Part shown: in pieces, positions 27,076 to 36,949 of the stretch
How positions within the stretch are numbered: the first letter of the stretch is position 1
How the letters are laid out: each line of letters begins with the position of its first letter
NCBI GenBank assembly: GCA_001784435.1
Contig: MFQZ01000010.1
Location: forward strand, 169,960-233,959
Origin: Candidatus Magasanikbacteria bacterium RIFOXYC2_FULL_42_28
GTDB taxonomy: Bacteria; Patescibacteriota; Patescibacteriia; Magasanikbacterales; GWA2-37-8
Reading direction: 5' to 3'
DNA: 64,000 bases
Notes under the pieces: generated by a model
What the model saw: the letters and a program-made list of their open reading frames with translations, nothing else
Database searches by the model: none
What the model was told of the DNA's origin: nothing
Position numbers and translations under genes: made by a program

Positions 27076-28560
27076 ATGCTTTCTAATTATCAGCGCTATC
27101 GGTTATACGAAATTTTACCAGGGGCTTCTATTTGGGCGACTTTGATTATTAGTGTTGTTTTGTCATTTGTCAAACCACTCTGGATGATTTACGCGGTGCT
27201 GGTATTTGACGTTTATTGGGTTTTGCGCGTGGCTTATTTTAGTTTGTATTTGATATTATCTTGGCGGCGATTTCGACGGGCACTCCAAATTGATTGGTTC
27301 GCGAAGCTCGGCGCTACTTTTCCTAATTGGGAAAAACGTCAGAATGTTATTTTTTTACCACTGTATAATGAAGATTGGCCGGTAGTTGACGAGACCTTAA
27401 AAGCGCTGTCTGCTTCCACTTATCCGGCGGGAAAATTGTTTGTGGTTATTTCCGGCGAGGCACGCCAACAAGCGCATTGGGATAAAATTCAGATTTTAAT
27501 TAACAATAATTACGCGGGCCAGTTTGCCGATTTGATTTTTTATACTCACCCGGATGGTTTAATAAATGAAATACCGGGCAAAGGTTCTAATATCCATTTT
27601 GCCGAGAAAGAATTTAAGAAATACGCCGATAGTCGCGGTTGGCAATATGGCGATATAGTCGTTTCGGTTTTTGACATTGATACCGTGGTCCATCCGCAGT
27701 ATTTCGCTCACCTCACTTTTCTATACTGCTCTCACCCCAATCCCGCCAAGAGCTCTTTTCAGCCGGTAACTTTATATAATAATAATTTGTGGGAGTCGCC
27801 TTCAATTCTGCGCGTGATGGCGTTTGGCACTACTTTTTGGATGCTTTTTTCCGTGGCGCGTTTGGATAATCTGGTCACTTTTTCTTCGCACAGCATGAGT
27901 TTTCAGGCGATTGTTGATTGTGGCGGACACGCGGCTGATATTGTGAGCGAGGACTCGCGCATATTTTATCAATGTTGGTTAAAAAATAATGGCAACTACG
28001 AAGTAACGCCGATGTATATTCCGGTTTCGATGGATACCGTGCGCGCCGATAATTGGTTCAAAAGTTTAAAAAATTTATATTTGCAACAACGGCGTTGGGC
28101 GTGGGGAGCGGAAAATATCCCGTATCTTTTGTACCAGTTTAAAAAGCACCAAGAAATTCCTTGGTTTAAAAAGTTTATAATTTTATTTCACGAATGGGAA
28201 GGTAAGTGGAGTTGGGCGGTCGTTACAATTTTGATTACGGTTTTGGGGCGATTACCACTCTGGCTCGCGAGTGATGATGTTAGACGGAGCGCTTTATTTT
28301 TTAATACCCCGTATGTTTTGGAAAGTTTGATGACCATTGCCATGCTTGGGTTATTGATTTCCGCCGCGATGGGGATGTTGTTATTACCGCCCCGTCCCGT
28401 TCATCACGGCCACCACAAATATTTGTTTATGTTGGCGCAATGGCTATTGGTGCCGGTTTCACTTATTTTGTTTTCCGCGTGGCCCTGTTTGGATGCTGTT
28501 ACGCACCTAATGTTTGGCAAGTATTTGGGGTTCAATGTTTCCCAAAAGAGCCGGGCGTGA
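27076..28560 (+). CDS. GT2-family processive glycosyltransferase (cellulose/chitin-synthase-like) with flanking TM helices
   Basis: QQRRW motif (LQQRRWAWG) and N- and C-terminal hydrophobic helices in the translation. Confidence 0.6.
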   Translation: MLSNYQRYRLYEILPGASIWATLIISVVLSFVKPLWMIYAVLVFDVYWVLRVAYFSLYLILSWRRFRRALQIDWFAKLGATFPNWEKRQNVIFLPLYNEDWPVVDETLKALSASTYPAGKLFVVISGEARQQAHWDKIQILINNNYAGQFADLIFYTHPDGLINEIPGKGSNIHFAEKEFKKYADSRGWQYGDIVVSVFDIDTVVHPQYFAHLTFLYCSHPNPAKSSFQPVTLYNNNLWESPSILRVMAFGTTFWMLFSVARLDNLVTFSSHSMSFQAIVDCGGHAADIVSEDSRIFYQCWLKNNGNYEVTPMYIPVSMDTVRADNWFKSLKNLYLQQRRWAWGAENIPYLLYQFKKHQEIPWFKKFIILFHEWEGKWSWAVVTILITVLGRLPLWLASDDVRRSALFFNTPYVLESLMTIAMLGLLISAAMGMLLLPPRPVHHGHHKYLFMLAQWLLVPVSLILFSAWPCLDAVTHLMFGKYLGFNVSQKSRA

Positions 28561-28577
28561 TATGATATTGAGGTGAT

Positions 28578-28700
28578 AATGTCAAATTTCCAATTTCCAA
28601 TGTCAAATCAAGCCCAAAATCCAAAACCCAAATTACAAATTGACATTTGAGCTTTGATCTTGATTTGAAATTGGAAATTTGGATTTTGAAATTTTAAGTT
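28578..28700. repeat. MITE-like intergenic element, family A copy 1 (terminal inverted repeats tcaaatttccaatttccaa / ttggaaatttggattttga)
   Basis: Second copy at 32293-32402 sharing about 30 nt at each end. Core atttgagctttga is shared with family B. Confidence 0.7.
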
Positions 28701-28705
28701 TAATT

Positions 28706-30082
28706 ATGAGATTACTCAAGATTTCAGTAATAATATTTATTCTGGCATTAAGCGCTACCGTATTTGCCGGCTATTTTTGGTTGAAAAATACTTCTCCGGA
28801 AAAAATTGTTTTAAACGTTGGTAAAACAATCGGTGTTTCTCTAACCAACGGAACTAATTTAGAAAAAGTGCTGGGATTTGATAAGTCCAAGACCTATTTG
28901 ATTTTGTTTTTAAATAATACGGAATTACGGCCGGGCGGGGGATTTATCGGCGCTTACGCGGTGGTGCGGGCGAATAAAGGGGTGCCGGAAATTTTAAAAA
29001 TTGAAGGGAGCGAGCGCCTGGACAATAGCGCGGCCACTTTTGTTGATAATCCACCGGAGCCGATTAGCCGGCGGTTAAAAGTTAAACATTGGTATTTCCG
29101 CGATAGTAATTGGTCACCGGATTTCGCTCTTTCAGCCGAGCGCGCGCTTCAAATTTATCAAACAGAAAATGGCATAGGCGCGGCGGATATTGACGCGGTG
29201 ATTGGGTTTACCCCGACTGTTATTGAAGAATTATTGGAAATTATCGGTCCAATTACCGCCGAAGGGATGGAATTTAACGCGAAAAATTTTACGGAAAAAT
29301 TAGAATACGAAGTTGAATATGGTTACAAAGATCGCGGTGAACAATTTAATGACCGTAAAAATTTATTAGAAGATGTCGGGCTGGCCATAATCGCCAAAGC
29401 GCGGGAAAATTTATTATGGCGTTTGCAAAAATATATCACACTTGGCAAAAAAATATTGGCCGAAAAACAAGTGGCGATTTACGCGGTTGATAAAACTAAC
29501 CAAGAATTGCTCCGTCAAATTAATTGGACCGGTGAGATGCGTCAGCGGAGTGGTGATTATTTAATGTGGGTGGACGCGAACTTGGCCGCGCTTAAAACTG
29601 ACGCTGCGATTACGCGTTCGCTGGAATATCGGATTATCTCAACTAGTACCGGATATTTGGCCAGCGCGTCAATGAAATATAATCATACGGGAAAATACGA
29701 TTGGCGCACGAGCCGTTATTTGTCATACACACGCGTATTTGTTCCGATCGGAAGTAAATTAGTAAAAGTAACCGGTGCTATCACCAAAGACAGCCAAGGT
29801 GATTTATCAATTGGACAAGGAACAGAAAACGGTCGGCAGTGGTTTGGGGCATATATAAATATCGCGCCCGGCACAACTGATACGCTTACGTTTGAATATT
29901 TATTGCCGGAAACAGTAGTTAAGCAAATTGCGGATAAACAATATAATTTATTAGTCCAAAAACAAATTGGCACGAATGATGTGGGGTTGACGTTGGATTT
30001 ATTTTTTGCTAAAAATACTAATTTAAATACTAATTTAAATAAGTATTTAAATACTGATAAAGAATTTAAGATTAATAATTAA
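28706..30082 (+). CDS. membrane-anchored hypothetical protein (signal-anchor plus large extracytoplasmic domain)
   Basis: Start moved to the ATG at 28706 (MRLLKISVIIFILAL) because the track start lies inside the repeat element. Ends with the TAATG overlap into mreB. Confidence 0.45.
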   Translation: MRLLKISVIIFILALSATVFAGYFWLKNTSPEKIVLNVGKTIGVSLTNGTNLEKVLGFDKSKTYLILFLNNTELRPGGGFIGAYAVVRANKGVPEILKIEGSERLDNSAATFVDNPPEPISRRLKVKHWYFRDSNWSPDFALSAERALQIYQTENGIGAADIDAVIGFTPTVIEELLEIIGPITAEGMEFNAKNFTEKLEYEVEYGYKDRGEQFNDRKNLLEDVGLAIIAKARENLLWRLQKYITLGKKILAEKQVAIYAVDKTNQELLRQINWTGEMRQRSGDYLMWVDANLAALKTDAAITRSLEYRIISTSTGYLASASMKYNHTGKYDWRTSRYLSYTRVFVPIGSKLVKVTGAITKDSQGDLSIGQGTENGRQWFGAYINIAPGTTDTLTFEYLLPETVVKQIADKQYNLLVQKQIGTNDVGLTLDLFFAKNTNLNTNLNKYLNTDKEFKINN

Positions 30083-31104
30083 TGATTCGTGGTTCTATGT
30101 TTATCAAAAAAATCGGTATTGATCTGGGCACGACAAATGTGCTTGTGTACGTCCCCAAAAAAGGGATTATTATTAACGAACCATCGGTAGTCGCTGTTTC
30201 TAAAGCCGATGGTAAAATTTTGGCAGTTGGTTTGGAAGCGAAAGATATGATCGGGCGCACGCCGGATAGCATTATTGCCGAGCGTCCGCTGAAAGATGGC
30301 GTTATCGCCAATTATCACACTACCGAAGCGATGATGCGGTATTTTATTAATAAAGCATTAGGTGGTATGCGTTTGTTTCGGCCGGAAGTGATGGTGGCGG
30401 TGCCGGCTGGGATTACGTCTACCGAACGACGCGCGGTAATTGACGCGGCATTGGCCGCGGGCGCGCGGGCGGCTTACATTATTAAAGAACCGATTGTGGC
30501 AGCGATTGGCGCCGACATTCCGATTGGCGCGGCGTCTGGGCACATGATTATTGATATTGGTGGCGGAACGGCGGAGATTGCCGTTATTTCGCTTGGTGGG
30601 ATTGTGGCGTCGGGTTCAGTGCGTATTGGCGGTAATAAATTTGATTCGGCCATTGCCGAATATGTGCGTCATAAATATAATTTGGCGATTGGCGAAAGTA
30701 TGGCGGAAAGATTAAAAATTGCCGTTGGTTCGGCTATTTATATGGATAAGCCCTTAACTATGGAAGTAAAAGGGCGCGATATGATTACCGGCTTGCCACG
30801 CACGGTAACGGTTAATTCCGATGATACCACCGAAGCGCTACAACATGATTTGGAATTATTAGTGGAAGCGATTAAAGAGGTCTTACAGCGCACTCCGCCG
30901 GAATTATCGGCTGATGTAATTGAAAAAGGTATTATTTTGTCCGGCGGTTCGGCCTTGCTTCGGAATTTAGATGATTTAATCGCGCAAGCGACCGGTGTGT
31001 CCACTTATGTGGCCGAGGAGCCGTTGTTGTGCGTGGCGAAGGGGACGGGGATTGCTTTGGATAATTTGGATAATTATAAACGGAGTATTTTGGCGACGAA
31101 GTAA
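30082..31104 (+). CDS. mreB: rod shape-determining actin homolog MreB
   Basis: IGIDLGTTN phosphate-1 motif and overall actin-fold sequence. Confidence 0.85.
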   Translation: MIRGSMFIKKIGIDLGTTNVLVYVPKKGIIINEPSVVAVSKADGKILAVGLEAKDMIGRTPDSIIAERPLKDGVIANYHTTEAMMRYFINKALGGMRLFRPEVMVAVPAGITSTERRAVIDAALAAGARAAYIIKEPIVAAIGADIPIGAASGHMIIDIGGGTAEIAVISLGGIVASGSVRIGGNKFDSAIAEYVRHKYNLAIGESMAERLKIAVGSAIYMDKPLTMEVKGRDMITGLPRTVTVNSDDTTEALQHDLELLVEAIKEVLQRTPPELSADVIEKGIILSGGSALLRNLDDLIAQATGVSTYVAEEPLLCVAKGTGIALDNLDNYKRSILATK

Positions 31105-31120
31105 GTGTAAAATTTAAAAA

Positions 31121-31157
31121 TCTCCGCCATAGGCGGACCCGCCTCTGGCGGGAAAAT
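31121..31157 (+). terminator. twin GC-rich hairpins (ccgccataggcgg, cccgcctctggcggg) after mreB
   Basis: GC hairpins in AT-rich context; weak T-run. The same cccgcctcgggcggg motif recurs at 22570 and 34585. Confidence 0.35.
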
Positions 31158-31168
31158 TACAATGCATT

Positions 31169-32263
31169 ATGGTCATTGGGATAGAAGCCAGCCATGCTGT
31201 TAAACTGCCGCGCACCGGCGTAGAAGAAGCGTGCTGGCAAATGATTGAAAATCTCAAATCAACTCTACCGGCGGACACGCGGGTTATTTTGTATTCACAT
31301 ATTTTACCGACCGATCAGTTGAAAGATTTACCGCCGAACTGGAAGTGGAAAATTTTAAATTGGCCGTTGAAAAAATTATGGAGTCAATTACGATTATCTT
31401 ATGAATTATTTAAAAATCCACCTGATATATTTTTCGCGCTCGGACAACTTTTGCCGTTTTTTTTACCAAAAAAAATTAAAGTAGTCACTTTTGTGCATGA
31501 CAGCGCGTTTGAGGCCGAACCCGAAGTGTATAGTTTTTTAGGGAAAATTTATTTGAAATTAATGAATCGCCGCATCACGCGCCGAAGCGATAAAATTATC
31601 ACTTCCACCGAATTTAATAAACAAGAATTACAAAAGTATTATGGAGTAGCGTCGGAAAAAACTATCGTCGTCCCGCTCGCGTATGATAAAAATGTTTTTT
31701 GTATAGGCTCGGTAGTAACACTGTCGGTAATTTCTAAACCATATTTTATTTTTCTTGGTCGTTTGGAAGAAAAAAAGAATACTCCACTTTTGGTGCGCGC
31801 GTTTAATCAAGTCCGGCACGATGGTGTTGATTGCCAATTATTGTTAATCGGCAAGCCCGGCCATGGATTTGAACAAGTTCAATTTGGAATTGAAAATAGT
31901 CCATACCAAAACGACATCATTCGCCCCGGCTATGTTGATACCAAAGATTTGCCCGGCATAATTCGCGGAGCGCGCGCGCTAATTTTACCATCGCGCTACG
32001 AAGGTTTTGGCATGCCAATTTTGGAAGGAATGGCTTGTGGCACGCCGGTAATCGCGAGTGATATTCTGGCTTTACGAGAGGTTGGGGGAGATGCTGTGGC
32101 CTATATTCGCCCTACAGTGCCTGATTTGGCGACGATAATGGCCACGGCGGTGAAAGATTCCATTTGGCGACAAAACCACATCCAGGCCGGTTTAGAACAG
32201 GTTAAAAATTTCAGTTGGGTCAAAACTTCCGCTAAAATTGGCCAAGTGATTGCCAATATTTGA
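31169..32263 (+). CDS. GT4 (GT1-fold) glycosyltransferase
   Basis: C-terminal EGFGMPILEGMACGTPVIASD motif typical of GT4 retaining glycosyltransferases. Confidence 0.7.
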   Translation: MVIGIEASHAVKLPRTGVEEACWQMIENLKSTLPADTRVILYSHILPTDQLKDLPPNWKWKILNWPLKKLWSQLRLSYELFKNPPDIFFALGQLLPFFLPKKIKVVTFVHDSAFEAEPEVYSFLGKIYLKLMNRRITRRSDKIITSTEFNKQELQKYYGVASEKTIVVPLAYDKNVFCIGSVVTLSVISKPYFIFLGRLEEKKNTPLLVRAFNQVRHDGVDCQLLLIGKPGHGFEQVQFGIENSPYQNDIIRPGYVDTKDLPGIIRGARALILPSRYEGFGMPILEGMACGTPVIASDILALREVGGDAVAYIRPTVPDLATIMATAVKDSIWRQNHIQAGLEQVKNFSWVKTSAKIGQVIANI

Positions 32264-32292
32264 TATTTTTGTTATACTAACTGGTGTAAATA

Positions 32293-32402
32293 ATGTCCAA
32301 TTTCCAATTTCCAATGTCAAATCAATGTCAAAGCTCAAACGTTAAATTTGATATTTGGATTTTGGATTTGATTTGACATTGGTAATTTGGATTTTGACAT
32401 TA
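32293..32402. repeat. MITE-like intergenic element, family A copy 2
   Basis: aatgtccaatttccaatttccaatgtcaaatcaa ... ttggtaatttggattttgacatt; see the 28578 copy. Confidence 0.7.
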
Positions 32403-32446
32403 TCAAAATTATTGATAGCTATTTTGATAATAGCAGACATTACGTT

Positions 32447-33361
32447 ATGTGCAATTTTATTGGTAATACCAAAATTCACCAGTATTTTTCTAAAATTGAT
32501 GGTAATAGTCAACTTGGTCATGCTTATGGATTTGCCGGATTAAATCAGGTGGGCAAACTCACTTTGGCAAAAATTGCCGCCGCGAAATTGTTGGGCGTCA
32601 CAATAGAAAAATTAGCGAGTAGTCCGGATTTTTATTTTGTGGAACGAGCTGTTGATGAAAAAACCGGTAAATTAAAACAAGACATTTCCGTTGAACAAGC
32701 GCGTGATGTCAAAGATATTTTGTTGCGCCGGCCGTGGTTAGGCGGATATCAAGTTGTAATAATTGACGAGATTGAACATTTGAATAAGGCCTCGGCCAAT
32801 TCCTTGTTAAAATTTTTAGAAGAACCGGCCAGTAAGAGTATTATTTTTATTATTACCGAAGACGAAAGTAAATTATTGCCGACCGTGCGTTCGCGGTGCC
32901 AATGGTGGCGGTTTAATCCGGTGGCGGAAGCGGAAATTGCGACTGGATTGCGTGAGCGCGGTATTGACGCGAGTGTCGCGAGCGAAGTTGCGGTTTTGGC
33001 CTCGGGACGGCCGGGGCGCGCTTTGGATTTGGCGCAGAGTCCGGAAAAATTAGCGTTAATTAAAGCCGAAGTGGTTCGTTACGAGAATTTGCGAATTGCG
33101 CCGGTACACGAACGATTTAAAACCATAGAAAGTTTAGCCGGAGAAAAAAAGGGTGCTACGCGTGGTAAAGATGAGTTAGATGAAATTTTACAAATTTGGA
33201 CAACGATAGAGCGAAAAAAAATGTTGCTCGCGATCGGGGCGTCTCAAAACCAATCTGTTAAAGTAATTGACGGTCTGACCAAATTACGCGAGTATTTAGG
33301 GAAGAATATTCATCCGCGTTTAGCGTTAGAAGAATTCTCATTAAATTTACCAATTAATTAA
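32447..33361 (+). CDS. holB: DNA polymerase III delta' subunit
   Basis: AAA+ clamp-loader motifs GHAYGFAGLNQVGK and TVRSRCQ. Start taken at the ATG 32447, because the track start lies inside the repeat element. Confidence 0.7.
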   Translation: MCNFIGNTKIHQYFSKIDGNSQLGHAYGFAGLNQVGKLTLAKIAAAKLLGVTIEKLASSPDFYFVERAVDEKTGKLKQDISVEQARDVKDILLRRPWLGGYQVVIIDEIEHLNKASANSLLKFLEEPASKSIIFIITEDESKLLPTVRSRCQWWRFNPVAEAEIATGLRERGIDASVASEVAVLASGRPGRALDLAQSPEKLALIKAEVVRYENLRIAPVHERFKTIESLAGEKKGATRGKDELDEILQIWTTIERKKMLLAIGASQNQSVKVIDGLTKLREYLGKNIHPRLALEEFSLNLPIN

Positions 33362-33365
33362 ATAT

Positions 33366-33480
33366 TAAATTCTAAACTCTAAATTCTAAACAAATCCAAA
33401 AATTAAAATTCAAATACTAAAATTTGAGCTTTGAAAAATTTGAACTTGTTTAGAGTTTAGAAATTAGAGTTTAGAATTTT
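33366..33480. repeat. MITE-like intergenic element, family B copy 1 (TIRs aaattctaaactctaaattctaaacaa / ttgtttagagtttagaaattagagtttagaattt)
   Basis: Second copy at 58118-58236. Central atttgagctttga core is shared with family A. Confidence 0.7.
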
Positions 33481-33494
33481 TATAAAATAATTCT

Positions 33495-34568
33495 ATGCGT
33501 AAAATATTCTATCTATTACCACTCGTAGTTTTAATTCTCACCGGCGCCGGTTGTCTTTCGTTTGGCAGTAGCACCGCCGGACCGATGGGCGTGTTTACGT
33601 CCGCTGATAAAGGTGAGACCTGGGCCGAGTCCAATGTCTATCCGACGGTGAAAGGCGTCCAAAGTGTCGCTGGCGCTAGAATATTCCGTTTACATACCGA
33701 CCCGTCCGATCCCAACGCAATTTATATGGCCACGCGCGGGCAAGGATTGTTTTATTCTTATAATAACGGTGGCTCTTGGCAGACATTTTCCGCTTTGGCC
33801 GGTAAATTTATTTATGGTTTTACGGTCGCGCCTCAAGATAAATGCGTGATGTACGCGAGCGATGGCCAACATATTTATAAAACCGATGATTGTGGCCGGA
33901 AATGGAATTTGTCTTACACCGAAGAACGCCCGAGCGAACATGTTACCGCGCTCGCGGTTGATTATGGTAATATCAATATAGTTTACGGTACCTTGATTGG
34001 CGGTGATTTTATGTTAAGTGAAGATGGCGGTCGCAGTTGGAAGGTGACAGCTCGTTTTGGTTTTGAAACGCAATATATGGTGGCTGATCAATTTCGCCCC
34101 AAGCGCGTGTATGTGGCCACGCAACGCAATGGCCTGCAACGTTCTGATGACGGTGGGCGCACTTTTCAAGATTTAAGCGAAGGCCTTGATAATTTTAGTG
34201 ATAGTTCTAACTTTTATCGTTTAGCGTTAAATCCAAAGACCCCGGGTGGTTTGTTTTGGATTTCTAAATATGGCATTTTAGAGTCCAATGACGCGGGCGT
34301 AACCTGGAGCGAGTTGAAATTGTTGACTCCGCCGGGCGGGGTGAATATTTACGCTTTCGCGATTAACCCCGGGAATTTAAATGAGATTTATTATACCGGC
34401 ACGATTTTGGGGCAAAAAAATGAGCATGTTCGTTCCACGTTTTATAAAACCACGGACGGCGGTAAAAGTTGGGTGACCAAAAAGTTGCCCACTAATTCTA
34501 TCCCCGTGTCGTTATTAATCAGCCCCAATAATGATAAACGGTTGTTCCTTGGGTTTACTAGCTTGTAA
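33495..34568 (+). CDS. lipoprotein with BNR/Asp-box repeat beta-propeller
   Basis: Signal peptide with lipobox (LTGAGC). Seven S-x-D-x-G-x-(T/S)-W repeats (SADKGETW, SYNNGGSW, TDDCGRKW, SEDGGRSW, SDDGGRTF, SNDAGVTW, TTDGGKSW). Confidence 0.65.
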   Translation: MRKIFYLLPLVVLILTGAGCLSFGSSTAGPMGVFTSADKGETWAESNVYPTVKGVQSVAGARIFRLHTDPSDPNAIYMATRGQGLFYSYNNGGSWQTFSALAGKFIYGFTVAPQDKCVMYASDGQHIYKTDDCGRKWNLSYTEERPSEHVTALAVDYGNINIVYGTLIGGDFMLSEDGGRSWKVTARFGFETQYMVADQFRPKRVYVATQRNGLQRSDDGGRTFQDLSEGLDNFSDSSNFYRLALNPKTPGGLFWISKYGILESNDAGVTWSELKLLTPPGGVNIYAFAINPGNLNEIYYTGTILGQKNEHVRSTFYKTTDGGKSWVTKKLPTNSIPVSLLISPNNDKRLFLGFTSL

Positions 34569-34572
34569 TTTT

Positions 34573-34614
34573 TTGTCATTGCGAGGACCCGCCTCGGGCG
34601 GGGACGCGGCAATC
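34573..34614. repeat. TGTCATT-family GC-rich palindromic element (ttgtcattgcgaggacccgcctcgggcggggacgcggcaatc)
   Basis: Shares the TGTCATT(G/C)CGAGG head with the secA-internal element at 60966, and the cccgcctcgggcggg hairpin with 22570 and 31140. Confidence 0.6.
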
Positions 34615-34647
34615 TCTTCAATTATTAAAAAATAAAATAAACACAAT

Positions 34648-35196
34648 ATGAACATCAACGATTTTAAAGAAGATTTTGGTAAGGCCATCGAGTTTTTCAA
34701 AACCGATATTGCCGGTCTGCGCACCGGTCGCGCCACGAGTGCGATGGTAGAAAATGTTACCGTGGAGGCCTACGGGATTAGACAGCCACTTAAAGCCGTG
34801 GCGTCTATTTCTATTATGGATCCAAAGACATTGATGTTAGACCCGTGGGACAAAACTATTTTAGCAGCGGTGGAAAAAGGAATTCGCGATGCCAATATCG
34901 GAATTAATCCGGTTAATGACGGACGGGGAATTCGCCTGTCTTTGCCGGAATTAACCGTGGAACGTCGCCAAGAATTAATTAAAATTTTACGCGAGCGCAC
35001 TGAAGGTGTCCGAATCGCCATTCGTAAAATTCGCGAAGATATCAAAGACATGATTTTGGCCGAGCAGGAAGATAATAATATTGCCGAAGATGAAAAATTC
35101 CGTTTGATGGACGAGCTGGAAAAAGCGGTGAAGGATTATAATGAAGAGATTAAAGAGATTGCAAATAAAAAGGAGGAGGAAATTAGTACGGTGTAG
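34648..35196 (+). CDS. frr: ribosome recycling factor
   Basis: Characteristic RRF sequence (IAGLRTGRA...). Confidence 0.85.
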   Translation: MNINDFKEDFGKAIEFFKTDIAGLRTGRATSAMVENVTVEAYGIRQPLKAVASISIMDPKTLMLDPWDKTILAAVEKGIRDANIGINPVNDGRGIRLSLPELTVERRQELIKILRERTEGVRIAIRKIREDIKDMILAEQEDNNIAEDEKFRLMDELEKAVKDYNEEIKEIANKKEEEISTV

Positions 35197-35228
35197 TTGG
35201 TTCATAGCCAATAGTTCACAGCCAATAG

Positions 35229-36626
35229 ATGAGTGAGCGAATTGGGGAATTTTATAAATTTATGCCAGAAAAAAATGATCTAATGGAAAAAGTAATTTCA
35301 CTTTGCAAACGTCGTGGTTTTATTTTCCCCGGTTCGGAAATTTATGGCGGGTTGGCCAATAGTTGGGATTATGGTCCACTCGGCCACCAGTTGAAACAAA
35401 ATATCAAAACTTTGTGGTGGAAATTTTTTGTGACCAGTCGCGAGGATATGGTACCAATGGATACGGCTATTATTATGAATCCGCGCGTGTGGGAGGCATC
35501 CGGGCATTTACAAAATTTTTCGGACGCGCTCGTGGAATGCAAAGTTTGCCACAAACGTTTTCGTGCCGATCATTTACTCGAAGCCAAAGGTATTGTTCCG
35601 CGTTACGCTAAAGAAGAATTGCAGGATTTGGATCAAATTAATTGTCCGGAATGTGCTGGGGATTTAACCGCGCCGAAGAATTTTAATTTGATGTTTAAGA
35701 CTGCGTTTGGCATAAATGACGCGACTGCCTTGGATGTTTATTTGCGCCCGGAAACTGCTGGCGGCATGTTTGTAAATTTTAAAAATATCTTAAATGTAAC
35801 GCGCAAGCGTTTGCCGTTTGGAATCGCCCAAGTTGGTAAATGTTTTCGTAACGAAATTACGCCCGGGAATTTTATTTTTCGCACGCGTGAATTTGAAATC
35901 GGCGAGTTTGAATATTTTATTAAGCCCGGGGAATGGGAAAAGGTTTTTGAAATGTGGCTCGGCGAAATCAAACGCTGGTGGCAAGACGCGATGAAAATAA
36001 ATATGGATAATTTGGTGTGGCATGAAATTCCGGAGACAGAGCGCGCGCATTATAGCAAGCGCACGGTGGATATTGAATACAAATATCCGTTTGGCGTGAA
36101 AGAATTGCACGGCATTGCCTACCGCACGGATTTTGATTTGAGTCGTCACGAAAAAGTGAGTGGTCAAGATTTACATTATACTGATCCGGAAACTAACGAG
36201 AAATTTCTGCCACACGTGATTGAGCCGACATTTGGTATTGATCGGATGTTACTGGTGGCGCTTTTGGAAGCGTATCATGAAGAAGAAGTTGATAATGAAG
36301 TTCGTGTTGTTATGAAATTTCCGAAATATTTGGCACCGATTCAAGTTGCGGTTTTGCCCTTGTCTAAAAAAGACGAATTATCCGGTCCAGCCAAAGAGTT
36401 GGCCGCCGATTTGCGTAAGAATTTTGTCGTGGATTATGATGAAACCCAATCAATCGGCAAACGCTATCGCCGTCAAGACGAAGTGGGAACGCCGTATTGC
36501 GTTACGATGGATTTTGATTCTTTGGAAGATAAAAAAGTGACAGTGCGGGATCGTGATACGATGGTGCAAGAGAGAGTTGAAATTGTAGAATTAACAAATT
36601 ATTTAAAAGAAAAATTTAATTTTTAA
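35229..36626 (+). CDS. glyQS: glycyl-tRNA synthetase, dimeric class II type
   Basis: KRRGFIFPGSEIYGGLANSWDYGPLG N-terminal signature. True start may be a downstream Met (35283). Confidence 0.8.
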   Translation: MSERIGEFYKFMPEKNDLMEKVISLCKRRGFIFPGSEIYGGLANSWDYGPLGHQLKQNIKTLWWKFFVTSREDMVPMDTAIIMNPRVWEASGHLQNFSDALVECKVCHKRFRADHLLEAKGIVPRYAKEELQDLDQINCPECAGDLTAPKNFNLMFKTAFGINDATALDVYLRPETAGGMFVNFKNILNVTRKRLPFGIAQVGKCFRNEITPGNFIFRTREFEIGEFEYFIKPGEWEKVFEMWLGEIKRWWQDAMKINMDNLVWHEIPETERAHYSKRTVDIEYKYPFGVKELHGIAYRTDFDLSRHEKVSGQDLHYTDPETNEKFLPHVIEPTFGIDRMLLVALLEAYHEEEVDNEVRVVMKFPKYLAPIQVAVLPLSKKDELSGPAKELAADLRKNFVVDYDETQSIGKRYRRQDEVGTPYCVTMDFDSLEDKKVTVRDRDTMVQERVEIVELTNYLKEKFNF

Positions 36627-36637
36627 TATTTATAAAT

Positions 36638-36943
36638 ATGCCAGAAGATTTTGTCGCGGAGATGGAAAAAGCGCGTCACGCTGAAGCGCTTAGTGAATAT
36701 CAGCAGGTAGTTGCTAGAATAGAATCGGTTTATAAGCGTCCAGTATTACGCATTGGTTTGAATGGTGATTTTACGTTTGCTCCGACTGAAATCGTGGCAG
36801 AGATGGACGAGGATGCTGAACTAGTTGAAGCGGATAGGGCGCCTTTTGTAGCGGATTTGGCAGCGTTAGTCGCCAAGCATCAATGGATTCCACCAGAATA
36901 TGAACATGCGTCAGTATCTGGTACGTTGTCTGATAAAATTTAA
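36638..36943 (+). CDS. small acidic hypothetical protein (101 aa)
   Basis: ORF only. Confidence 0.35.
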   Translation: MPEDFVAEMEKARHAEALSEYQQVVARIESVYKRPVLRIGLNGDFTFAPTEIVAEMDEDAELVEADRAPFVADLAALVAKHQWIPPEYEHASVSGTLSDKI

Positions 36944-36949
36944 TTTATT

